From assembly GCF_028368995.1 (NCBI RefSeq), contig NZ_JAQNDL010000001.1, forward strand, positions 3,872,001 to 3,936,000: 64,000 nucleotides of DNA. The letters are read 5' to 3'. Source of the DNA: Nannocystis bainbridge (lineage in GTDB: Bacteria > Myxococcota_A > Polyangia > Nannocystales > Nannocystaceae). Shown here in pieces: positions 52,685 through 61,141 of the stretch; positions within the stretch are counted from its first letter, which is position 1, and the number at the start of each line of letters is the position of its first letter. The position numbers were made by a program, and so were the translations under genes. The notes beneath the pieces are model-generated. The model had not been told where the DNA came from and made no database searches. It saw nothing but the letters and a program-made list of their open reading frames with translations.

Positions 52685-52747
52685 CATGTCCTCCGGGACA
52701 TGTCCATGTGAATATGTTCATCTGGACATGTCTATCGGGACATGTCC
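52685..52747. repeat. 14-bp-period palindromic array
   Basis: CATG/TATG cores at 52685, 52699, 52713, 52727, 52741. Confidence 0.92.
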
Positions 52748-52763
52748 ACGATCATCTCGCTGC

Positions 52764-54008
52764 TCACCCGAGCGCGCGCCGCAGCTCGGCCAGCTCGCGG
52801 CGCTGCCTGGCCGTCGGCGCCGCGGTCTGCAGGCGCAGCAGCGCCCCGCGCGGCGCCTTGAGCTGCAGGTCGAGCAGCAGGGCCGGGCGGCGGCGCATCG
52901 GCCCGCTCGTCAGCGCCTCGATCACCCCGGCGCGCGCCCGCGGCTCGCCTTGCAGGTAGCGCTGACCATCCGCGAAGCGCGGGCGCTGGCGCAGCCACCA
53001 CTGCATGGCAGGCAGCGGATCGGGCCGCGCCAGGTCGTGCTCGGGCGTGTGCTCCGTCGCCTCGTCCTCGACCGTCGCCGTCACCCCGGCCTCGTCGAGG
53101 TCGAGGCCCGTGAGCGCCTGCATCGCCTCGCCGACGAGCGGCCCGCAGTCGCCGTCGTCGAGCCACTCGAGGCAAGCGTCGACCAGCTCCGGCGCGCCGA
53201 CGTGGCCGAGCGCGTAGATCGCCGCCGGGCGCCGCGACGCGTCGCCCAGGGCCGCCAGCAGCGCCGCGCGGTCGCCGGGGCCATCGCGCAGCGCCAGCAG
53301 CAGCAGCGCCAGCGCCCCGTCCGGCTGCTCGGCCCGCGAGCGCACGCGCGTCCACGTCGGCGCCGGCGCCAGCACCAGGCCGGCCGCGATCGCGGCGTCG
53401 ACCACCTGCGGCGCCTCGTCGGCCAGCGCCGCCTGGATCGCCCGCACCTGCCCCGCGCCCCCGGGCTCGCCCGCCAGCGCCCGCAGCCCGAGGCCGCGCA
53501 GCGCCGGCTCGTCGCTGGCCAGCAGCACCGACAGCGCCTCGCCGAGCGGCTCGTGGCGGAACACCAGCGCCTCCGCGGCCGCGCCGACGATCGCCTCGTC
53601 GACGTCGGTCAGGCACGCGCGCAGGCGCGGCAGCAGCTCGGCGCGGTCGATGCACGCGAACGCCCGCACCAGCGCCGGCCTCGCCGCCGGCAGCTCGTGC
53701 AGCGCCGCGAACAACGTCGAGAGCGCCGTCTCGTCCGGCCCCAGCAGCAGCGCCGCCGCCGCCGCCGCGACCCGGCCCGATTCATCCGACTCGAGCGCGG
53801 GTACCAACAATTGCTGCGCCGCCACCGGCCCGCCGATCACCAGACCGTCGAGGTGCGCGTGCAGCCGCGATTCGACGTTCGCCTCGACCTCGGCGAGCGT
53901 GTAGTTGGGGGCGACCAGGCTGCCCTCCCACGACTCCCACAGGAACTCGGCCTCGTCGAGGTGCTCCTCGAGCACGTCCCACAGCGGCTCGTCGTCGCTC
54001 GCGCGCAT
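52764..54008 (-). CDS. TIGR02270 family protein (T6SS-associated, HEAT-like)
   Basis: WDVLEEHLDEAEFLW, ESRLHAHLDGL, VGEAMQALTGLD, LARPDP..WW, RYLQG, GPMRRR. Confidence 0.88.
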   Translation of the reverse strand: MRASDDEPLWDVLEEHLDEAEFLWESWEGSLVAPNYTLAEVEANVESRLHAHLDGLVIGGPVAAQQLLVPALESDESGRVAAAAAALLLGPDETALSTLFAALHELPAARPALVRAFACIDRAELLPRLRACLTDVDEAIVGAAAEALVFRHEPLGEALSVLLASDEPALRGLGLRALAGEPGGAGQVRAIQAALADEAPQVVDAAIAAGLVLAPAPTWTRVRSRAEQPDGALALLLLALRDGPGDRAALLAALGDASRRPAAIYALGHVGAPELVDACLEWLDDGDCGPLVGEAMQALTGLDLDEAGVTATVEDEATEHTPEHDLARPDPLPAMQWWLRQRPRFADGQRYLQGEPRARAGVIEALTSGPMRRRPALLLDLQLKAPRGALLRLQTAAPTARQRRELAELRRALG

Positions 54009-54010
54009 GC

Positions 54011-54481
54011 TCAGTTGATCTGCACCGAACCGCCCTTGATGCGATTCGTGCCCTTCGCGCGGGTCTCGACGTAGGCGCCGCGGATCACCAGCTTGCCGTC
54101 CTTCTTCAGCGAGATGCTGGCCTCGCCGCAGCGCAGCTCGACCTCCTCGGTGCCGGTCAGGACCACGCGCTTGCCGTCGACGCGGGCCTCGCTCCCCGAG
54201 CCCGGCGCCTGCACCAGACCGACCACCAGCGGCCGCGCCGGGTCGCCGCCCTCGAACATCAGGGCCGCCGGCTGCCGCGTCGCCACCGCGTTCGTCAGCG
54301 CCCGCGTATCGAGCTCGATCAGCAGGCGCACCGGCACCGGGCCGGCGGCGTTGCCGGGGAAATCGACCAACGGCGGCTCGGCGGCGGTCAGCCACCCGAG
54401 GATCACCGCAGGCAGCGCTGGCGCCGGGGTCGGCGGGACGATGGGGACGACGCGGGACGATGCGGGGCGACGTGCGGCCAT
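54011..54481 (-). CDS. DUF6484 family protein
   Basis: PLVDFPG, LMFEGGDPARPLVVG, DGKRVVL..EVELRCGEASISL.KDG..RIKGGSVQIN. Confidence 0.82.
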   Translation of the reverse strand: MAARRPASSRVVPIVPPTPAPALPAVILGWLTAAEPPLVDFPGNAAGPVPVRLLIELDTRALTNAVATRQPAALMFEGGDPARPLVVGLVQAPGSGSEARVDGKRVVLTGTEEVELRCGEASISLKKDGKLVIRGAYVETRAKGTNRIKGGSVQIN

Positions 54482-54588
54482 GACAGTTGCTCCTCGGTTC
54501 GTGAGACTCGATCAAAGAGGGCCCACGGGCCCGTGAAACGCGCTGGCGGGGCTCGTGGAACGCTCCGGCGAATGGCGGCGGCGTGGCA

Positions 54589-56811
54589 TCAATTGAGCTT
54601 GATCTTCGAGCCCTTGACGGTGACCTCGCCCGAGGCCTTGATGCTGAGCTTCTTGGCCTGGATCGTGACGTCGCCGTTCTTCTTGAGCACGACCGTCGCG
54701 CCCCCGCACTGGATCGTCAACTGGTCGGCGGCGACGATCGCCGCCTTCTTGCCGGCGGCCGCGTTGAAGTTCTCGCCGGCGGTGAGGTTGACGTGCTTGC
54801 CGGCCTGGAGGGCGATGTTCTGGCCAGCGCTCTCGGTGAGGTTGCCGGCCACGCTGACGCTCTTGGCCCCGCCGACGCTCTCGGAGCTGCTGCCGCCGAC
54901 GCTGACGGCCCGGGCCAGCCCGACCGTCTCCGACTTGGCGAGGCCGACCGTCTCGGTCATCGCCCCGCCGACGGTCACCGCATAGGCCGCGCCGACCGTC
55001 AGCATGCTGGCGATGCCGACCGTCTCGGCCTTGTTGGCGCCGATCGACTCGGTCTGGTCGGCGGCCACCGTGAAGGTCGCGCTAGCGCCGACCGACTCGG
55101 TGAGGTTCTGGCCGACCCCGATCGACATGTTGGCGCCGATGCGCTCGACGTGCATCTTGCCGACCGTGATCGTGCGGTCGTTGCCGACCTCGATCGCCTC
55201 GTCGTGGCCGATCGCCACGCTGCTGTCGTGCCCGACCGAGCGCGCCTCGTCGTGGCCGACCGACTGGCCCTTGTCGTGCTCGATGACGATGTTCCAGTCC
55301 TTCTGCCCGTGGAGGAAGATCTCCTCGCTGCCCTTCGCGTCCTCGAAGCGCAGCTCGTTGGATCCGCCGCCGCCCGGGCTCGACTCCGACTTGATGGTGC
55401 TCTTCGTCTTCTGATCCGGCAGCGGATAGGGCGGGGTGTTGACGCCGGTGTAGATCCGCCCGGTGATGATCGGTCGGTCGGGGTCGCCCTCGATGAAGTC
55501 GACGATCACCTCGTGACCGATGCGCGGCAAAAACATCGCCCCGAAGCCATTGCCGGCCCACATCTGACTGACACGGACCCAGCACGAGCTGCCGTCGTCG
55601 TAGGCCCCGCGGCGGTCCCAATGGAACTGCACCTTGACGCGGCCGTGCTCGTCGCAGTGGATCTCCTCGCTGCCGGGGCCGACCACCGTCGCCGTCTGCA
55701 CCCCGTGCACCGTCGGCCTGCGGGTGGTCCGCGGCGCGCGGTACGGCAGATCGGCGGCCGCGCACTCGAAGCGGTTGGTGTACGAGAACTCGCCGACCGC
55801 GCCCTCGTCGAGCACCTGCGGCTGCTCGCCGCGGTGGCGGACGCGGAGCAGGCGGTACTCGCCCTCGAGGTGCGGCCGCGACTCGTCGGCGACGTGAAAG
55901 AAGCAGCCGGGGGTGAGGCGCGGGCTGTCGCTCTCGCCGGTGCCGGCGCGGCGGGTCGCCTGGACCGCCTCGAGGCGCATGCGCGCCTGCTTGCCCGCCG
56001 TCTCCGGCCCGCCGCGGCCGCCGGTCTGGAAGCCGCCGGGGTAGTCGTAGAGCTCGCGCGCGTCGCCCTGCCCCTCCTCGGCCTCGACCTCCTCGGCGGG
56101 CGTGTGCAGGTTGCGATCGCGCAGCGACACCCGCTGCGGGCGGATGCTCTCGCCGAGCGAAAATCGCAGCAGCCGCTCGCGCTCGCGGGTGGCGTTGAAC
56201 CCGAGCGCCGGATCTTCGGCGATCGGCGTCCCGCCGTCGGCCTGATCGGTGATCACGAGGACGTGGCTGTCCTCGTGGTGCTCGAAGAAATAATACATGC
56301 CGTCGGCTTCGAGCAGCCGACTGACGAACGCGAAGTCGGTCTCGCGGTATTGTACGCAGTAGTCGCGCGGGGCGTAGGTCGCGTGCAGCTGCATCCGCAC
56401 GCCCGCGCGCGGGATCCCGGCCGTCTCGAGCACCTTGGCGACGATCTCGGGCGTCGATTGGCCCTGGAAGATCCGGCTGCCCGCGCGCTGCTGCAGGCTC
56501 CAGACCTCGGGCACCAGCGTGACCTCGTGCAGGGTGTAGCTCGACGATTCACCGATGTAGCGGGCGTCGCACACCAGCCCGTGGACGTGGCGCAGGCCCT
56601 CGCGGCCGTGGATCGTCAACACCGCCGCGTGGCCGACCAGGTCGTCGAGCGGGATCGTCGTCGACGCCAGCTCGAAGCGGAACTCGAACAGCGAGGAGAC
56701 GGCCTCCTCGCCGCCGAAGCGGACCACCCGCAGCTCCTCGCCGCAGCCGTCCACCGTGAATGTGAACATCGATCGATTGCCCAGCAGGGCCGTGCTGCCA
56801 CTTTCCGTCAT
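54589..56811 (-). CDS. vgrG: Type VI secretion tip protein VgrG/TssI
   Basis: GEEAVSSLF, RIFQ, YCVQYRETDFAFVSRL, G.QTATVVG, DEHGRVKVQFHWDR, SCWVRVSQ, PRIGHEV, NELRFED, gp5 repeats. Confidence 0.96.
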   Translation of the reverse strand: MTESGSTALLGNRSMFTFTVDGCGEELRVVRFGGEEAVSSLFEFRFELASTTIPLDDLVGHAAVLTIHGREGLRHVHGLVCDARYIGESSSYTLHEVTLVPEVWSLQQRAGSRIFQGQSTPEIVAKVLETAGIPRAGVRMQLHATYAPRDYCVQYRETDFAFVSRLLEADGMYYFFEHHEDSHVLVITDQADGGTPIAEDPALGFNATRERERLLRFSLGESIRPQRVSLRDRNLHTPAEEVEAEEGQGDARELYDYPGGFQTGGRGGPETAGKQARMRLEAVQATRRAGTGESDSPRLTPGCFFHVADESRPHLEGEYRLLRVRHRGEQPQVLDEGAVGEFSYTNRFECAAADLPYRAPRTTRRPTVHGVQTATVVGPGSEEIHCDEHGRVKVQFHWDRRGAYDDGSSCWVRVSQMWAGNGFGAMFLPRIGHEVIVDFIEGDPDRPIITGRIYTGVNTPPYPLPDQKTKSTIKSESSPGGGGSNELRFEDAKGSEEIFLHGQKDWNIVIEHDKGQSVGHDEARSVGHDSSVAIGHDEAIEVGNDRTITVGKMHVERIGANMSIGVGQNLTESVGASATFTVAADQTESIGANKAETVGIASMLTVGAAYAVTVGGAMTETVGLAKSETVGLARAVSVGGSSSESVGGAKSVSVAGNLTESAGQNIALQAGKHVNLTAGENFNAAAGKKAAIVAADQLTIQCGGATVVLKKNGDVTIQAKKLSIKASGEVTVKGSKIKLN

Positions 56812-56966
56812 GAGCGCTCGAACGGAGCCAAAAAGCTACTACATGCGATCGGCCTCGACAAGGCGCCGCGGCGCCGCGACAAAACCGCACCGTTTGCACG
56901 CGCGCGACTTCGGTCACCGCATATGCGGTTGAAAGCCTGCGCCGATCCGTAGATGCTCGCTCGGTC

Positions 56967-58940
56967 GTGACGGACGCCGAGACCAGAGCCAAGGTCGGAG
57001 ACGTGCTCGGCGAGCGTTGGGAGCTGCGCGAATCGATCGATACGAGCGGCCCCGGCCGGGTCTTCTTCGCCTGGGACCGCGAGCGCCGCCAGCCCTGCGC
57101 GCTCAAGCTGTTCGACCCCGGCGCCGTCACCCCCGACGCGTTCCGCCGGTTCGCCGAGGCCGTGCGCAGCGCCGCCGCGGCGCGTCACCCCGCGCTCGTG
57201 CTGCCCGCGACACCCACCGTCGCCGGGGGCCCGCGCATCGCGGTGCGCGAATGGCTGGAGGGCCTCGACCTCGACGGCCTGCGCGGCCGCGACGGGGCGC
57301 TGCAATGGTCGCGGGCCGCCGAGATCGTGAGCACCTGCGCGGACGCGCTCGCGGTCGTTCACGAGGCCACAGGGCTCGCGCACCGCGCGCTGAAGCCTGG
57401 CAATGTGTTCATCACCGGGGACTCGCAGGTGCGGCTCCTGGACCTCGGGATCGCCGAGCTCGGCGTGACGCCGGTGCCGGCCCGCCCCGGCGGCGTGTTC
57501 GTCGAATACCGGGCGCCGGAGCAGCTCGAGGGCCACGCCGGCGACGCCCGCTCCGACGTGTTCACGCTCGCGGTGCTGCTATTCGAATCGACGACCGGGG
57601 TCCATCCATTCACCGGCGCCTCCGCGTTCAAGGCGGCCCACAAGGCGCTGCAGTCGGCGCCCGACCTGGCGACCGCCGGCCTGCCGGCCCAGGCCCGGCC
57701 GCTGCTGGTCCGCGCGCTGGCGCGGCGCCCGGAGGAGCGTCACGCCAATGCGCGCGAGTTCCTGCGCGCATTGACGCTGGTGCGGCAATCGGTCGGCAGC
57801 GCCGCCCCGCGCCCGGCCGCCGCCGTCGACAATGCACATACCGCGGAGCCCGCCGAGCCCGTCGTCGATCCGACCACGCAGCTGCGGATCCCCGTGCAGC
57901 GCCCCCAACCCGCCGCGGCGATCGAGGCGCCCGCCCGCGGCGCCAGCCAGGCCTTCATGGCCCCCGTCGCGCCGTTCACCGCCGACCCGCCCGACCTCCG
58001 CGCGGCCGACGAGCCGGCGCTGCTGGGCACCGGACGCGAGCGAGCCACCCCGACGCGCACGCCGACCACTCCTCAACCTCCGCCCTCCGCCCTGCCCCGG
58101 CTCGATCCCGAGCCGAGCACCGAACGCGACGCCCGCCGCTCCGCGCCCGCCGAGCCGACGATCTCGCTGCCCGAATCTCCACGCATGTCCCGAAAGACAG
58201 GTTCACTCGAGCCCGTCGCCCGCCAGCTCCAGGCCTCGAAGTCCGCCCGGCCCACCGCTAACTACGTCCCCGGTCCGCCCGATCTTCCCGCCGACTGGAT
58301 CACCACCGAGCGCGACCCCACCCGTCCGCCGCGAAAGCCCCTCACGCCGTCCGTCGATGACCTGGCGCGAAAGCCAGGTTCAACTCCCGGGCGCGACGAC
58401 CGACGCCAGCCCGAGCGGCCGAACCCCACCACCGACGAAGACGCGGCGACCACCGCCATGCCGACGCTGCGGCGCCCGCCGCTGAATTCCGCCGCCGGCG
58501 ACCTGCCCGACGGCCCCGGCGACGACGAAACGCGCGCGCTGCCCCGCCGCGGCCCCGGCTCGACCGTGATCGATGATGAACCGAGGGACATGCCCGCAAG
58601 GACAGGTCCACGCCCCGCCGAGGCGACGCTCGCCCTGACCGACCCATCCGTGCTCTCGCCCGGCAAGCGCCCCGAAGCGACCGTGGTCCTCGATCAACCC
58701 GGCTCCCTGCCCGCCGAATCGACGCTGGCCCTGTCTGACCCCAGGGACATGCCCCATCGGCCATCCCATGAATCACGCGACCTCGAGGATGCGCCACCGA
58801 CAGCGACCGCGCCCATCGCCCGAGCCCGCCCCGAATCCGCCCTCGACAAGCCCTGGCTGTCCCCGCGCGGCCTCATCGTCTTCAACGTCGCCCTCGGCGC
58901 CCTGATCCTCACCGCCCTCGCCGTGGTGCTGACGCGCTGA
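56967..58940 (+). CDS. Ser/Thr kinase-like protein (probable pseudokinase), C-terminal TM
   Basis: ALKL, HRALKPGN, DLG, YRAPEQ, SDVFTL; Pro/Thr-rich tail and terminal TM. Confidence 0.85.
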   Translation: MTDAETRAKVGDVLGERWELRESIDTSGPGRVFFAWDRERRQPCALKLFDPGAVTPDAFRRFAEAVRSAAAARHPALVLPATPTVAGGPRIAVREWLEGLDLDGLRGRDGALQWSRAAEIVSTCADALAVVHEATGLAHRALKPGNVFITGDSQVRLLDLGIAELGVTPVPARPGGVFVEYRAPEQLEGHAGDARSDVFTLAVLLFESTTGVHPFTGASAFKAAHKALQSAPDLATAGLPAQARPLLVRALARRPEERHANAREFLRALTLVRQSVGSAAPRPAAAVDNAHTAEPAEPVVDPTTQLRIPVQRPQPAAAIEAPARGASQAFMAPVAPFTADPPDLRAADEPALLGTGRERATPTRTPTTPQPPPSALPRLDPEPSTERDARRSAPAEPTISLPESPRMSRKTGSLEPVARQLQASKSARPTANYVPGPPDLPADWITTERDPTRPPRKPLTPSVDDLARKPGSTPGRDDRRQPERPNPTTDEDAATTAMPTLRRPPLNSAAGDLPDGPGDDETRALPRRGPGSTVIDDEPRDMPARTGPRPAEATLALTDPSVLSPGKRPEATVVLDQPGSLPAESTLALSDPRDMPHRPSHESRDLEDAPPTATAPIARARPESALDKPWLSPRGLIVFNVALGALILTALAVVLTR

Positions 58941-59311
58941 AGCGACACGACAACCTCGAGAGCGCCGCCGCGACCGCCGTCGCCCGGAAGGCCACCCCGT
59001 CAAGGCCCCGAGAAAGCGTCTGTCCGGCGGCCAGCCCTGGCCGTCGAACAGGCGCCCGTCGATCGCCAAACCGGCGACGTCCCGCATCGGAGCCCACGAC
59101 GGGGTGGCGGCCCCTCACGGCTGTAGCCGTGCCAGGGGGTCCGGGGAAGGGACGACGGAGAATTCGAGACATAATGGGAGCGAGGCACGAGCGCCCATTC
59201 TGGCGCTGAACTCTCCGGCGATCCTTCCCCGGACCCCCACGCGAGGCGCAGCCGGCAATTCGCGAAGCACGAACCCCGAGCGAACCCCGAGCCCTCGACT
59301 CGCGAAGCCCT

Positions 59312-61141
59312 CTACTCCAAGTCGCCCGCAGCCGCAGGCGCAGGCGAAGTCTGCCCGCGGCGCAGCGGATGCTCGAGGATCGGCAAGCGCTCGTTCTCGC
59401 TGCGCTCCACCACCAGCTCGAGCCCATCGAGCAGCAGATCGGGCGAGCTCACGCTCACATCGACCGTGTTGCTGAGGATCCCGTCCATCCCCGTCTCCGC
59501 CCCGAAGCCGCCCGTCGCGCCCGGAGCGATCCGCAGCGGCAGCGCCGGCGCGCTGTTGCCGACTGCGCGGATCCGCCGGAGCACTCGCATCGACGCCGGC
59601 GCCAGCATCGCCCCGCGCACCAGCGTCTTCTTGCCCGACGCATCGAGCCGGTAGATCTTCGCCGGCAGCGGCAGCGACACCTTGCGGCCCGTGCTGTAGC
59701 TCGTCGCGCCCTCGCGGTTCACCGGCCCGAGGATGTTCCCGTCGCGCAGCGACTCGACCACGTACGCGTACTCGTAGCCGTCCTCGCGGGCCCGGCGGAG
59801 CAGCTCCTTCTCGAGCGCCTTGCGCGGCGACCCGCGCTTCTTCGACTTGAGCTCGAGGTTCGTGATCGCCGCGCCCCACGCCAGGCCCGGGCTCAGGCGC
59901 GCGCGGCCGTTGCTGTCCTTGCGCTGCGTGTTCGGCGAGCGCGTCATCAGCAGGTCCTGCAGCACCCCGTTCTTCACCAGCGTCAGCGGCTTGGGCGCGA
60001 AGCCCTGCGCGTCGATCGTCACCCGGCCGAAGCCCTCGCGCGGATCGTCCTCGAGGTCGAGGAAGCCCGGCAGCACCGACTTGCCGAGGCTGTCTTGCCA
60101 GTGGGGTTCGAAGTCGCGGACCCGGCCGTTGTCGCCCAGCGGCGCCGGCGTCCCGCCCGTGTGCACCGCGATCGTCGACGCCAGCAGCTGCGCCGAGGCC
60201 GGCCCCGCGAACAGGATCGGCCCGTCGTAGTCGTCGTCGAGCATCGGCGCGTCGGCCATCAGCGTCAGCTCTTTGAGCACCCCGTCGACCAGCTCTTCGC
60301 CGCGCTTGCGCAGCTCCTCCGTCGCGCGTGGCAGCTCTTGCAGATGGATCGCCGCCCCGTGGTCGAGGTGCATCCCGTCGAGCGCGCGCGTGTCGGCCAT
60401 CACCGCCAGCACCGCGCGGTCGCGCTGCTCGTGCAGCACCAACCCCTCGCTCGTGATCGTCGTGACGTGGCTGCGCAGCACTTGCACGAACACGTCGCCG
60501 TTGTCGATCGCCGGGTGGTCGGCGAACCGCTTGCTCAGCGCGCGCACCAGCTCGCGCAGCCCCTCGCGGTCGACCGAGTCGGTCAGCGGCGCCGGCACCG
60601 GCTGGCGCGCCAGCGGCTCAGGCTTGGGCCCGAAGTCGGCCGGCAGCGGCTCACCCGCAAGCCGGGCCAGGATCGCCAGCTTCTGCGCGTACGTGCCGGT
60701 GGCCCGGCGGAACGCCTGGTCGAGCCCGAGCCACAGCTTGTGCCGGGTCAGCTCGGGCGACGGCGCCAGCGACAGGATGAAGCGCGGCCACGCTCCGTCC
60801 TGGCCGAACACCCCCGTCTGGTCGCGCTCGGCCGTGCCGACGCGGATGTCGATGCCCGCGGCCGCCTGGTCCTCGCGCACGTCGGTGATGATGCCGCCGA
60901 AGCTGCCGTCGATGCTGAGCACCTCGGCGCGCACCACATAGACCGTCGCGTGGTACGGCGCCGGCGAGTCCGGCAGGCGCAGCCCCGCGATCCCGCGCGC
61001 GATCTCCTGCTCGATCGCCGCGATCTCGACCTCGGCCGCCTCGGCGCTGACGGGGGTCGTCGGCGCGGCGGGCGTCGGCGCCGGCGCCGGTGCGGCGGCC
61101 GCCGCCGGAGCGAGCGCCAGGGCCAGGACCAGCGGCTTCAT
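59312..61141 (-). CDS. TldE/PmbA-like protein with signal peptide
   Basis: IRVG, YDGPILF, DDP..D.QG..LVKNGVL..SNGRAR; no HExxH. Confidence 0.78.
   Translation of the reverse strand: MKPLVLALALAPAAAAAPAPAPTPAAPTTPVSAEAAEVEIAAIEQEIARGIAGLRLPDSPAPYHATVYVVRAEVLSIDGSFGGIITDVREDQAAAGIDIRVGTAERDQTGVFGQDGAWPRFILSLAPSPELTRHKLWLGLDQAFRRATGTYAQKLAILARLAGEPLPADFGPKPEPLARQPVPAPLTDSVDREGLRELVRALSKRFADHPAIDNGDVFVQVLRSHVTTITSEGLVLHEQRDRAVLAVMADTRALDGMHLDHGAAIHLQELPRATEELRKRGEELVDGVLKELTLMADAPMLDDDYDGPILFAGPASAQLLASTIAVHTGGTPAPLGDNGRVRDFEPHWQDSLGKSVLPGFLDLEDDPREGFGRVTIDAQGFAPKPLTLVKNGVLQDLLMTRSPNTQRKDSNGRARLSPGLAWGAAITNLELKSKKRGSPRKALEKELLRRAREDGYEYAYVVESLRDGNILGPVNREGATSYSTGRKVSLPLPAKIYRLDASGKKTLVRGAMLAPASMRVLRRIRAVGNSAPALPLRIAPGATGGFGAETGMDGILSNTVDVSVSSPDLLLDGLELVVERSENERLPILEHPLRRGQTSPAPAAAGDLE

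Noticed and set aside
52682-52747. GGACATGTCC matches the eukaryotic p53 half-site consensus
   Set aside because: Bacterial context with no p53-like gene seen; treated as coincidence, although the decamer reading of the unit remains possible
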